The notes: generated from the letters alone by a model not told the origin. Counted from the first letter of the stretch, positions 9,182 to 19,057 are shown. The stretch is DNA of 64,000 nt from Bdellovibrionales bacterium (GCA_027317865.1 DAHVQG010000003.1:159263-223262), one strand, 5' to 3'. Numbers and translations are program-made.

Positions 9182-10887
9182 GCCTTGTTACCCAGATCGG
9201 ATGTATCAGCGCCGTTTTTATAACCGCGCGTAAAGATCACAATGCCAAATAAAAGTACGAAGAGCGCGTGAAGCAGCCACGGAAACTTTTGATAGCCCGT
9301 CGCCGAAGGGTGTTTTAGATACGGAATTCGATAAACTCCATACCATTCTTTGTAAATCGGCGATGCCTTTTGTGTTCCGGTTGCCGTACCTAAAACTTTG
9401 CCGTTCGGGAGCATGACTCCCGAAATGCCGGTGTTGGTTGAGCGAACCATCGGGCGTCCGTATTCAACGGCCCGAGCTAGTGTCATATAGAAATTTTGAT
9501 ACGGTTCTTGCCAGTCGCCGTACCACGAGTCGTTATTAATATTGACGAAAATTTGCGCTCCTTTATTCGCAATACCTCGAGCAAAACTTGAAAATATTCC
9601 TTCGTAGCAGATTTCCGGGCCCACTTTCAAGACCGTAAATGGAGGAATATGATCATTTTGCGGAAGTGGCAATTTTTTAACAACCGGACCCGGTCCACGC
9701 GCGAAATCGGCGGCGGGTATCCACTGGTACAATTTAGGGAACCAATTGCCGAACGGGATGTACTCGCCAAACGCCAGTAAATCAGTTTTGTAATACGGAT
9801 CTGGTTGAATCGTGTTGTTGCTCTGCACGATATAGAACGTGTTGGTCGGTTTGTTGTCTTTGGGGGAATATCCAAAACCGCCCACTAAAAACTGCGCATT
9901 ACTTGCGTGGGCTAAATTGAGAAGGGGCTGAGCGGTTTGAGGATAATTCGGTTGAATCTGCCACATCCGTTGATCGAGTGGATAGGGATAGGCCGTTTCG
10001 GGCCAAACAACAAAATCGACTGTGACGTGATTTTTTGCGGCGTCAGCCAAGCCGGCTTTGGTTTCACTTTCAAATTTATTTAAAATGTAATTGCGAAACC
10101 CCCAACCGTATTCGGCGTAAATCTTATCGAGGTTGCCGATATTCGCTTGAACAATGAGCGCATTCACTTTGGCATCGGGTTTCGGCAGCGACTTCAAAAG
10201 CGCATATCCAGCCAAATTAAATAAAACCACCACAGTCACAAGCGCCATTGCGGCTCGACGCCCCACTTTTTCGCGCCAATGAAAAATCACAAGAAAACTT
10301 AAAGCGTTGAGCAAAATCACAATGTCACTAAGGCCCTTAAAGCCGATCAGCTCGGCGACTTGAGCCACAGGCCAATGCATCCAAAGAAACGGATAGCCGT
10401 AATTCCATTCAAAAATCGTGGGGTACCAATCTTTGGCAAATAGAGTGCATATCGCAATTAGAATGAGATGGCGTCCTAAATTACGTTTGTTGATCTCAAA
10501 GTGTAGAATTTTTTGGGTAATCAACCACCACGCTAATCCGGCGATTGCAACGTCGAGATTGGCAAATGAACAAAATCCGATAAACCCCAGTGTTGAAATC
10601 CACCAAGGCATCATTCCAAAAACATGAATGGTGTGAAGGACCCAATCGAATCCGATTACGGTAAGAACAAACTGCGCAACCCAGCCGGCGATAAAGACCT
10701 GGCGCCAATTTTTGGCACGAAGCCAGAGCCACCACAGGGGAACGAATGCAAACAAACTCGCCCATGGCGGGAATGGAATGTAACTAAATCCGATAAAAAT
10801 ACCGGTGAGCACTGCCGGTTGGTAAAACCAGCAAGTTTGCCCAACTTTCTTTAATAGCGATCGAATTGACCATTTTGTGGTTGCCAT
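9178..10887 (-). CDS. lnt: Apolipoprotein N-acyltransferase
   Basis: Multiple TM helices; VWPET, K..LLAFGEYIP, ICYE, NDSWY, RSTNTGISG; start set at ATG 10887. Confidence 0.95.
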   Translation of the reverse strand: MATTKWSIRSLLKKVGQTCWFYQPAVLTGIFIGFSYIPFPPWASLFAFVPLWWLWLRAKNWRQVFIAGWVAQFVLTVIGFDWVLHTIHVFGMMPWWISTLGFIGFCSFANLDVAIAGLAWWLITQKILHFEINKRNLGRHLILIAICTLFAKDWYPTIFEWNYGYPFLWMHWPVAQVAELIGFKGLSDIVILLNALSFLVIFHWREKVGRRAAMALVTVVVLFNLAGYALLKSLPKPDAKVNALIVQANIGNLDKIYAEYGWGFRNYILNKFESETKAGLADAAKNHVTVDFVVWPETAYPYPLDQRMWQIQPNYPQTAQPLLNLAHASNAQFLVGGFGYSPKDNKPTNTFYIVQSNNTIQPDPYYKTDLLAFGEYIPFGNWFPKLYQWIPAADFARGPGPVVKKLPLPQNDHIPPFTVLKVGPEICYEGIFSSFARGIANKGAQIFVNINNDSWYGDWQEPYQNFYMTLARAVEYGRPMVRSTNTGISGVMLPNGKVLGTATGTQKASPIYKEWYGVYRIPYLKHPSATGYQKFPWLLHALFVLLFGIVIFTRGYKNGADTSDLGNKA

Positions 10888-10932
10888 CGGCTTTAAGATT
10901 AAAGCAAAATAAAACAAAATGGAAATCCAACC

Positions 10933-10960
10933 GTAATGGACACCCAACTGTAATGGACAC
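10933..10960 (+). repeat. 11-bp direct repeat GTAATGGACAC x2 (17-bp period)
   Basis: Copies at 10933-10943 and 10950-10960. Confidence 0.85.
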
Positions 10961-11762
10961 TGAACCCCAAATTTTATCGACGTCACTACTTAAAATCCGC
11001 TGTCCGAAGTGTCTGAAATTGTATGCCGTTAATCGGGCTGAAATGCATGAAACCCGCCCTAAGTTTCAGTGCCGTGCGTGTCATGAGAAATTTTGGGTGA
11101 CGGCGGTTGATGTTGCAAAAAATGACGAAGAGGTCATGGGCTTTCCGATGGATTGGCTTGCGACAACAGTTGACGCGCCAGCCGTACTCGATGATCGGGC
11201 GTATTCGTGCCCAAAGTGCGGCGAGCCTTATTCAGCCGGGCAGCACGAGTGTACGAAGTGCGGGCTCGTATTTATTAAATTTGTTGAACGGAATTTAGTT
11301 GAGCAAAAAACTATTCCAGATGAAGGGATTAGCGCTCCTAGTGAAGTTAAGCAGGCGTGGGATGAGGTCGTGGCTCGGTACGACGAATCTTCGGTGCATA
11401 ATAAATTTATAGAACTTGCGAATCGGTACGACTGTTTGGACTACGCGGCCAAGCGGTATGCGACGATTCTCGAAACATGCCCAGGTGATGATCGGGCGGC
11501 AAAAGCCCAACAAGAGATCATTGCTCTTACTACAACGCGATTTGAGAGCCGTACATTACCGGAGAAAGACGCCTCTTCAAATTGGTTCGAGCGTATTGAC
11601 CTTTTTATGCGCGGCATGCGGTTTACATCACTCGTTCTTATTTTATGCGGAATTGTGATTACCATGGGTGTGTTGTTACCAAGCGAACGTAATTTAGTTG
11701 GTATTGGTTCTTCGGTTTTATTTTTTATTTTAACGTTGCGGTATTATTTTCGGGTTATATAG
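10953..11762 (+). CDS. Zinc-ribbon (MJ0042-like) membrane protein
   Basis: CPKC/CRAC and CPKC/CTKC pairs, two C-terminal TM helices; likely start ATG 10953. Confidence 0.8.
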   Translation: MDTEPQILSTSLLKIRCPKCLKLYAVNRAEMHETRPKFQCRACHEKFWVTAVDVAKNDEEVMGFPMDWLATTVDAPAVLDDRAYSCPKCGEPYSAGQHECTKCGLVFIKFVERNLVEQKTIPDEGISAPSEVKQAWDEVVARYDESSVHNKFIELANRYDCLDYAAKRYATILETCPGDDRAAKAQQEIIALTTTRFESRTLPEKDASSNWFERIDLFMRGMRFTSLVLILCGIVITMGVLLPSERNLVGIGSSVLFFILTLRYYFRVI

Positions 11763-11789
11763 ACTTTTCAAAGACCTGTGCCGTAAGAG

Positions 11790-12731
11790 GTGGCAGTGGC
11801 CTCGACCGGAATAACTTCCATTAAAAAACACGAAAAACGTATTCTCGTTGTCGAAGACGATCCGTCTGTTTTATTGGTGATCAAAGAGGCGCTGGCTCAA
11901 GAGCGGTATGTGACTGAGCAAGCGACAACGGCTTCGGGCGCGTTCGAAAAAATAGCGTCGTTTCAACCTCATTTGGTTTTAACGGATCATGAAATGCCCG
12001 GTAAAACCGGGCTTGAGATGCTTCACGAATTGCGTAAGCAACAGAACTATGTGACCGTGCTTTTTATTTCGGGCAAGACCGATCCTAAACTTATCGCCGA
12101 TGTTTTGCGCGCCGGAGCGGATGATTTCATTAAAAAGCCTTTTCGCATGGATGAACTGTTAGCGCGTGTCGAAGTCGCGATGCGAGTCAATGAAGTTCAT
12201 CAGCACTTGCTTGCGGCTAATCAGCGGCTTCTCGAACTGGTGGAACTTGATGATTTGACAGGGCTCTACAATATGCGCTCGATGTACGACAAGATCGACG
12301 TGGAAATTAAACGTGCGCGACGGTTCGGTCGTTACGTCGGTTGCGTCATGGTTGATTTGGATCATTTTAAACTAATTAATGATAAACACGATCATTTATT
12401 CGGCAGCCAGGTAATAAAATTGGTCGGGCACTTGGTTAAAAGATCGATTCGCGATATTGATTTTGCCGCTCGTTACGGCGGCGACGAGTTTCTGGTGATA
12501 TTGACCGAGACCACACCTGAAGGAGTGCATACGTTCACCGAACGAATGCGCGCCAAAATCGAATCCGAGAAATTTGAATTCGACGGGCAGTTCGCCACTC
12601 TAACCGCTAGCCTTGGCTATTCAGTTGGCGGGACAAGCGACCCCCGAGAAGCCCGCGATCTAGTACGATCCGCCGATCGCGCGCTCTATAAAGCGAAAGA
12701 GGCGGGACGCAATCGCATCGAAGGCGAGTGA
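11790..12731 (+). CDS. REC-GGDEF response-regulator diguanylate cyclase
   Basis: Receiver domain (VEDD, TDHEMP, K), DDLTGLYN, RDID I-site, RYGGDEF. Confidence 0.95.
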   Translation: MAVASTGITSIKKHEKRILVVEDDPSVLLVIKEALAQERYVTEQATTASGAFEKIASFQPHLVLTDHEMPGKTGLEMLHELRKQQNYVTVLFISGKTDPKLIADVLRAGADDFIKKPFRMDELLARVEVAMRVNEVHQHLLAANQRLLELVELDDLTGLYNMRSMYDKIDVEIKRARRFGRYVGCVMVDLDHFKLINDKHDHLFGSQVIKLVGHLVKRSIRDIDFAARYGGDEFLVILTETTPEGVHTFTERMRAKIESEKFEFDGQFATLTASLGYSVGGTSDPREARDLVRSADRALYKAKEAGRNRIEGE

Positions 12732-12746
12732 GAGACGCGCAACGTT

Positions 12747-13955
12747 TTAACTTTGGTTTGCGCGCTTAAAGATTGCTCTAACGCTCGCGCCGATGACTTC
12801 TCCGTTTTTACCTAAACGATTCGAAGGGATCACTTTGCCATCGTGAAGCTGCGCAATTGTTTTTACGACAACCGACCCAAGCCCTACTGAAATTCGACCG
12901 CCCGCTTTCGCATCAATAAATCGAGTTGTGCGTCGTTCGCCGTAGTCTTTAAGTGCTTGTGCGGAAAACCCTGGCCCGTCATCGTTCACAAATACTTCGA
13001 CGTGATCGCCGAGTTTGTAGTCGATTGTGATTTCGTTCCGGGCAAAACTGAATGCATTTTGAAGCAGGTTTCGAAAAACCCGCTTCAACAATAGTGCGTT
13101 ACCATTGACGATTGCCGGCGTGGCCGGAGCGTTATTGCGAACTTGAAGCATTGTCTTCGTTTTTAACTGTTGTGTATCGAAAACTTCGAGTTCGTCTTCT
13201 ATAATTTCCGTTACGTCGACGGACGTTTTGCTGATATCGGTATCCGCCCCCGCGAGTTGACTCATCAACAATAAGTCATTGACCAAAGTTTCAATATAAT
13301 TCGCTTCTTTTTGCGACGTCACAACAAGCTCGCGTTTTGAGTCTTCGGCAAGACGGCCCTGCTCATCGGACAATAAAGATAAATTGTTCTGCATTGAGGC
13401 GATCGGCGTTCGTAAATCGTGCGCAAGTTCTTGTAATAAGCGAGTGCGCGATTTTTCTTTCGATTTCAATTCGTCGAAAAGCTTTTTAAGTAAAACAATT
13501 GCCGACAATGCCGACCCCAACAAAAATGCCGAAACAATAGCGAATGCAAAAAGTAATATGGGACGATGATATGGCGGATGTGAGCGCTTTTCTAACGATC
13601 GGGAATGTTTTGATAAAACATGCGGCCAGCGAGGTGAGAGCGCTATATACATCGTGTTTTTGTCGGTCAGTTTTTCAATAATAATGGGCGGCTTGTGGCG
13701 CCAAAAGGCGGTGGATTCAGTCCCATTTGGGAGAGTGACCTTACTGAGCTTGAAGGGGAGAGGACGATTTGTTGAGCTGCCGGATACCCGTCCGTTTGCA
13801 TCAAAAACCCAGGCATTAAATTGCGGTGGGTGATGAACAAAATTCCTTCGGTGCAGTTGAAAAAAAAGTTGAATAATAAAAAAGCTTAAAACCAAAAATA
13901 GAGCGGTAAACCCGAGACTGATAATCAAATATTTTCTCAGAAGCGGCAGCTTCAT
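12747..13955 (-). CDS. Sensor histidine kinase
   Basis: Two TM segments, AHDLRTP H-box, NLLQNA, DDGPGF. Confidence 0.93.
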   Translation of the reverse strand: MKLPLLRKYLIISLGFTALFLVLSFFIIQLFFQLHRRNFVHHPPQFNAWVFDANGRVSGSSTNRPLPFKLSKVTLPNGTESTAFWRHKPPIIIEKLTDKNTMYIALSPRWPHVLSKHSRSLEKRSHPPYHRPILLFAFAIVSAFLLGSALSAIVLLKKLFDELKSKEKSRTRLLQELAHDLRTPIASMQNNLSLLSDEQGRLAEDSKRELVVTSQKEANYIETLVNDLLLMSQLAGADTDISKTSVDVTEIIEDELEVFDTQQLKTKTMLQVRNNAPATPAIVNGNALLLKRVFRNLLQNAFSFARNEITIDYKLGDHVEVFVNDDGPGFSAQALKDYGERRTTRFIDAKAGGRISVGLGSVVVKTIAQLHDGKVIPSNRLGKNGEVIGASVRAIFKRANQS

Positions 13956-14623
13956 TTTTTATCCAAACGATAACCGATACCGTATATCGAACGAATGACA
14001 ATTTCTTTGAGACCGGCTGCTTTTAGTCGCGTGCGCAGACGGCTTACGTGAGAATCGATAGTGCGATCGAAAATTTCGCCATCGCGATGAAGTGCCGTGA
14101 TCAGCGCATCGCGAGTTACGACTGATCCTGAGTGTTCCATTAGGTATTGTAGTGTATCGAATTCGCGGCGATTGAGGTCCACTTCAACCTTGCCGCAAAA
14201 CACGCGACGCTGATTGATAACCAAAGTAACGTCGCCAAAGCATAATTGCTCGTCGCGCTGGATGGGCTCTTTTAGCGCGTTTTTAATTCTCGCAATTAAT
14301 ATTTTCGGTTTAAACGGCTTTTCGACGTAATCGTTGGCTCCGGCGCTGAAGCCGGCGAGCACCGCTTCTTCGTGGGTTTGCGCAGTTAAAATTACGACGG
14401 GTACGCGCGACTCGGATTTTCGCAGGTGTTTGCAAAATTCGAGTCCGTTGCCGTCGGGTAAACCGAGATCAAGTAGTACTAAATCGGCCGTCGAATTTTC
14501 GTTCGCTTTAAAAGCTGAGGTCAAATCGCGCACCCAAATAACGGTATGCTTTTCGCTTTCGAGCGTGAGTTGCAAGCTTCGGCCTAGAACAGGGTCATCT
14601 TCGACTAAAAGAATTTTGCTCAT
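13952..14623 (-). CDS. OmpR-family response regulator
   Basis: LVEDD, LLDLGLPDG and winged helix (RTIDSHVSRLR, IYGIGYR). Confidence 0.95.
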   Translation of the reverse strand: MSKILLVEDDPVLGRSLQLTLESEKHTVIWVRDLTSAFKANENSTADLVLLDLGLPDGNGLEFCKHLRKSESRVPVVILTAQTHEEAVLAGFSAGANDYVEKPFKPKILIARIKNALKEPIQRDEQLCFGDVTLVINQRRVFCGKVEVDLNRREFDTLQYLMEHSGSVVTRDALITALHRDGEIFDRTIDSHVSRLRTRLKAAGLKEIVIRSIYGIGYRLDKK

Positions 14624-14851
14624 TGTTCTGATATATTACTCACAAATGATTGCAGAAGTGTGGATTTTTTAATCGCGTCTACGTTCAAGTTCATCCATTC
14701 AACTGTATCAAAATGAGACGTATTTTTATAATTCCGGCTGAGCCATAAAGTCTCAACAGTTTGATGGTAATTTGAACCTAACGCTCCACGAGGAGCCAAA
14801 CATTCGGCCTAATAAATGCGCGCTAAAAAGCCGAAATAGAAGGAGTCATAT

Positions 14852-15190
14852 ATGAGTAAAAATAAAATTGTAGTAAGCCTGATGGTCGTATTGTTCGCAT
14901 TCGGTTCGGCCGTAGCTTTGGGGCAACCGAACCGTCGGCACCATCCGCCGTTCGGCTTTTTAATGGGTGCCTGTGTCGCGACAACGATGGCGCAAAACGG
15001 TTCGGCGTTTCCGCTGCAGCAAATGATCCAGCATATTCAGCAAAACATTCAAAATAAACAAAATGGTAAGCCATTTGTGAAACCAAATTTAGATGCCGCA
15101 ACTCGTGCGGCCATGAAGGCGGCATTTCAAACATGCCGGGGCGAACTGCCCTTTCCGCATTGGCAACATCCAGGAGCAAATAAATCATGA
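14852..15190 (+). CDS. Small secreted protein with two Cys
   Basis: SD AAGGAG, signal peptide; stop overlaps next ATG (ATGA). Confidence 0.75.
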   Translation: MSKNKIVVSLMVVLFAFGSAVALGQPNRRHHPPFGFLMGACVATTMAQNGSAFPLQQMIQHIQQNIQNKQNGKPFVKPNLDAATRAAMKAAFQTCRGELPFPHWQHPGANKS

Positions 15191-15675
15191 ACGGAAATTT
15201 GGCGCGGCTCAAATCATGTATCAGCAAAATCGGTTTTATGATCGCGGGCGTGGTGGTTTTTGCTGCCGCTCCCGCATACGCTACGCTTGGTGGTTCGGTT
15301 GATACCATTCAAACAGATGTTCACGCGCTACACGCACGAGTCATCGCCACGCAGCCGCACGCTCTTTACTCGGTTCACGAAATCACCTATGGCGCGACCA
15401 AGGTCCGGGAATACGCAAATACAAACGGAATCGTTTTTGCGATCGCGTGGAACGGGCTTACCCATCCCGATCTGTCGAAACTATTGGGAACATATTATGC
15501 CGGCTATAAGGCAAAAATTCAGTCGAGACCGCCGCAGATTAAAGGTGAACTGCTGCGCACATTGCGCGTCGGCACGTTAGTTGTTCAGATGGGCGGCCAC
15601 ATGCGCGACGTCGTTGGGCGTGCATATGATTCGTCTTTGATACCATCTGGGGTTTCGTTAAGCGACATTAAATAA
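15187..15675 (+). CDS. DUF2844 family secreted protein
   Basis: AYATLGG, VREY...G.VFAIAW.G..PDL..LLG.Y, GGHMR...GRAY...LIP.GV; sits upstream of DUF3443 as in Burkholderia. Confidence 0.85.
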   Translation: MNGNLARLKSCISKIGFMIAGVVVFAAAPAYATLGGSVDTIQTDVHALHARVIATQPHALYSVHEITYGATKVREYANTNGIVFAIAWNGLTHPDLSKLLGTYYAGYKAKIQSRPPQIKGELLRTLRVGTLVVQMGGHMRDVVGRAYDSSLIPSGVSLSDIK

Positions 15676-15699
15676 ATGTGATTTATATGAGGTAAATGC

Positions 15700-16986
15700 A
15701 TGAAGGAGCAATGGAGCGGCAAAACAATTGCAATAATTGTCGTCGGTACGTTTCTTCTTCTAATAGGTTTTAACAATTGCGGCAAAAGTTTTGAAGCGGT
15801 TGGCGCCGGTGGCAATGGTGCGGCCGGATATTATTCGCCAACGGGCCAGGTGCTTGCCGAATGCGCGCAATTCGGAACGGGTTCGGACTGGGGGCCTGTC
15901 GAAATGGCAAATGTCGTTTTAGGCGGTGAGCCGGCCGTGACCATTCCGGTTCAAGTGATCGACTCGTCTTATGCAACCGTGCCGTCCAGTTGCCCTTCGC
16001 CCGATACGGATCCGAAAACCGCGGGGTTTAACGGCATTTTAGGCGTCGGTTTATTTAAACAAGATTGCGGGTCTCAGTGTACAACTGATTCAACCACGCA
16101 AATGTATTATGTTTGCAACAACAGCTCTTGTACCGCAACAACCGCAACACTCGCCGAACAAGTGACAAATCCCGTCGCGGAACTGCCGCAAGATAATAAC
16201 GGTGTCGCCTTGGTTTTGCCGACCGTCGCATACAGCGGCGGATACTTTGCGAACGGTTACATGCTTTTGGGGATCGGAACCGAAAGTAATAACTCCCCTG
16301 CGGCAGTGACCGAGTTAACTGCGGACGATACGTATGGCGAATTTACGGATGAATTTAACGGCACGCAAATGTCTGGGTTCATCGATAGCGGGTCAAACGG
16401 ATATTTTATACCGGCGTCTTCGAAGTATTATCCGGATTGCACGAACTCCCAATACAATCAGTGGTTCTGCCCTTCTGCAAATTACAGTTCGACTGCCACT
16501 GCCATCGGGGTGAATAACAAGCAAGAGTCGTTTCCGTTTCAAATTGGCAATGCCGAAAATTTGTTTAATTCAGGTAATTTCGCGTTTATGAATTTGGGCG
16601 GCGACAGCAGCGGCTCGCTCGGCAGTTTCGGCGATATGGGATTGCCATTTTTCTTTGGCCGAACTGTATATGTCGGCCTCGAACATACCAAATCACCGAT
16701 CGGCACTGGCCCCTATTGGGCGTTTTCTGGCGGTCAAAATCTGGTTGATGTGAACGGTTCGGTCGCTATCCCGCCGGGCCCGAATGTGATGACCGTTTCG
16801 ATCGGCAACACGGGTCAGTGCGACGGTGACAGTTACGACAATGAACCGTGTACGTCAGTTACGATTTGCTCACCTGGTTCGACAAATTGCCAAACTATAA
16901 ACAACATTTTGGTCGATACGGGCAGTTACGGTCTGCGGGTTTTTTCGTCGGTACTTCAGGTCAATCTCAAACCTGAAAATCCGTGA
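15700..16986 (+). CDS. DUF3443 family pepsin-like lipoprotein, apparently circularly permuted
   Basis: FNNC lipobox; LAEC..F...WG, NGILGVG, NPV...DNNGV, FIDSGSN, GLPFFFGR; VDTGSYGLR block at the C-terminus. Confidence 0.85.
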   Translation: MKEQWSGKTIAIIVVGTFLLLIGFNNCGKSFEAVGAGGNGAAGYYSPTGQVLAECAQFGTGSDWGPVEMANVVLGGEPAVTIPVQVIDSSYATVPSSCPSPDTDPKTAGFNGILGVGLFKQDCGSQCTTDSTTQMYYVCNNSSCTATTATLAEQVTNPVAELPQDNNGVALVLPTVAYSGGYFANGYMLLGIGTESNNSPAAVTELTADDTYGEFTDEFNGTQMSGFIDSGSNGYFIPASSKYYPDCTNSQYNQWFCPSANYSSTATAIGVNNKQESFPFQIGNAENLFNSGNFAFMNLGGDSSGSLGSFGDMGLPFFFGRTVYVGLEHTKSPIGTGPYWAFSGGQNLVDVNGSVAIPPGPNVMTVSIGNTGQCDGDSYDNEPCTSVTICSPGSTNCQTINNILVDTGSYGLRVFSSVLQVNLKPENP

Positions 16987-17605
16987 TGATCGTCATCTGT
17001 GGATGATCGAGTAGCCAACTTGCCGGGAGCTTTTGGCGCTCCGACTCGACTTTTTTTGCGCCGGCATCAAGAACCCTTTTGAGGATTTCTTTTTTTTGCA
17101 AACCGCGAACGAGTAGAGCAATGGCTTTCGTTTTTAAAAAAGCGTTTGCTCCATAAGAAACCGCGCGTGTGTTCGGCGGCAAATGAAGACGGGCACAGGT
17201 GTCGTCGGTGAGTGTCAGACATCCCGAATAAAATTTTTGCGGCAGGCTCGGTTCATGAAATGCGATGTGGCCGTTCATACCGAGCCCTAAAAATGCGAAA
17301 TCCGCGCCTCGTTCAGCCGTATCAATAAATTCGAATCGCGGCTTGAACATCGGCAATTCATCTAAAAAAAATTTTTGAAACGGGCGCTCGGTATTATGCA
17401 ATATTTCATCAACTTGCACTAAGCGTATCGATTCATCGACGAGCTGCGGATTTTCGCGCCATGACCTGTAAAGAGGTCGAGGGGTCTCGCCTGCGGGCAC
17501 AAAAAGTCGAAACGGGCGTGGAGTTATATTACGGCTTTGTTGATGGAGCCAATCGTTGGCACAATCAATCCACTCGCGTTCATTTTTACAAACTTCGAAG
17601 TTCAT
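16967..17605 (-). CDS. Glucosamine-6-phosphate deaminase / 6-phosphogluconolactonase family (NagB-like)
   Basis: PAGETP, QVDE, GLGMNGHIAFHEP, LPASWL..HP. Confidence 0.8.
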   Translation of the reverse strand: MNFEVCKNEREWIDCANDWLHQQSRNITPRPFRLFVPAGETPRPLYRSWRENPQLVDESIRLVQVDEILHNTERPFQKFFLDELPMFKPRFEFIDTAERGADFAFLGLGMNGHIAFHEPSLPQKFYSGCLTLTDDTCARLHLPPNTRAVSYGANAFLKTKAIALLVRGLQKKEILKRVLDAGAKKVESERQKLPASWLLDHPQMTIITDFQV

Positions 17606-17670
17606 ACCTGCGCGTCAGCTCTAGTCCCGCTTTCGCCTCCTCGCTAAAATTGTAACTGAGGTCTACTGTT

Positions 17671-18375
17671 TTGAAAAAGTGTAATTTAGTAATTGTCGCG
17701 CACCCCGATGACGAGACGTTGTTTTTCGGAGGACTTATACTCGCCGATCGTCGCTTCGAATGGCGCGTTGTGTGCGTGACGGATGGCAACGCCGATGGGT
17801 TGGGGTCAGAGCGGCACAATCAGTTCGCGCGCGCCTGCCGGGCGCTCGGCGTTCGACACCATGAATTCTTTGATCTGCCTGATCGATATGACTCGCGGTT
17901 ATCGCAAAATGAGTTACAAACACGTCTTAGAGGACTTTATGATCGTCTAAGACGGGAGGGCCAGTCGCTCCACGATGTTTATACACACGGCCCGCTCGGC
18001 GAGTATGGGCACCCCCACCATCAGGATGTTTCTCTTGCCGTCCATGAAACCCTTGCGCTGCAGACGCGAAAATCATCAAAGGTTTGGGGGGTGGCTTACA
18101 ATTGTGCAGCTGACCGCGTTCTCGAATTGTCTCACGCGCATTTCAAGAAAAAGTCCGATATTTTGGCGAAAATTTATTTAGGCGAGACAACCCGGTTTAT
18201 TCAATTTTTACCGGCAACAAGTGCCGAAGCATTTGCACGTTTTAAATTGTCAGAAGTTCGAGCATTGCATGCTTATATATCCGCTAAAACCGCACCGACC
18301 GCGCTTTACAAATATAATTGGTTCCGGCCTTATTTGGCGGCTTTTCGCGAAGCTGTGGTCAAACGTCCGTTTTAG
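17671..18375 (+). CDS. PIG-L/LmbE family N-acetylglucosaminyl deacetylase
   Basis: AHPDDE, TDG, THGPLGEYGHPHH. Confidence 0.9.
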   Translation: MKKCNLVIVAHPDDETLFFGGLILADRRFEWRVVCVTDGNADGLGSERHNQFARACRALGVRHHEFFDLPDRYDSRLSQNELQTRLRGLYDRLRREGQSLHDVYTHGPLGEYGHPHHQDVSLAVHETLALQTRKSSKVWGVAYNCAADRVLELSHAHFKKKSDILAKIYLGETTRFIQFLPATSAEAFARFKLSEVRALHAYISAKTAPTALYKYNWFRPYLAAFREAVVKRPF

Positions 18376-18394
18376 CCCGGCTCTTCGCGTTGGT

Positions 18395-19057
18395 TTAGGC
18401 TGCCGATTGACGGCGTAATTTTTCACGCAATTCTTGCACTTCGGCTCTCAGACGTTCGTTTTCTTGCACCAAATCTCGGATCTTTTTTTGAAGTAATTCG
18501 GCTGAGTTAATCGCTTTAGCTGCCGGTTGCGCGGTAGGTATTGAGCGCTCGCTTGTAACAGCGGGGGTGAGGGGAACTGCGGCTTGCGCCAGAAGTTCTT
18601 CGATATTTTCAGAAATGATTAATTCAGGAGCGAACTTTTCGGCTCGCAAGCGGCCGTCGAGCATCATCGCCCGCGCCTCTTCGATAATTTTCAAAAATGC
18701 GGCCGAGATTTCGGCTGGCGACGGGGAATTTGTTTTAAAAAGATCGTCAATTGTCCGTTTTTGGGCGTGGGTGTGAGTTTGTAATAGGCGGCTGCTCTGC
18801 TCACTGCTTAAGCCGTGCATGGCCGTCGCAAGAGTTAATACGGCTAGGCCCTTAGAAACTTCGGCGATTGTGTTGTCGTTCCAGTTCAACATTTTTTCGA
18901 TTGTAAGCATTTTTTCGCGCACGGCGCGCGCCCACCGAGGATCTTCGCCTTCTATGATGTTTAAAAAATTATCCTGCTTTTGTTTACCGCAGGTTTCGAT
19001 TAGCTGAATAAGTTGTATAAAGCCGCCTGGCCTTTGGTAGCGCGATAACATACCCAT
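18395..19057 (-). CDS. FliG C-terminal-domain-like protein with coiled-coil tail
   Basis: EDPRWARAVREKMLTIE resembles the FliG-C helix/MFxF region; no neighbouring flagellar genes. Confidence 0.65.
   Translation of the reverse strand: MGMLSRYQRPGGFIQLIQLIETCGKQKQDNFLNIIEGEDPRWARAVREKMLTIEKMLNWNDNTIAEVSKGLAVLTLATAMHGLSSEQSSRLLQTHTHAQKRTIDDLFKTNSPSPAEISAAFLKIIEEARAMMLDGRLRAEKFAPELIISENIEELLAQAAVPLTPAVTSERSIPTAQPAAKAINSAELLQKKIRDLVQENERLRAEVQELREKLRRQSAA

Noticed and set aside
10888-10986. Head-to-head overlap of lnt and the zinc-ribbon ORF
   Set aside because: Artefact of longest-ORF starts; downstream ATGs remove the overlap
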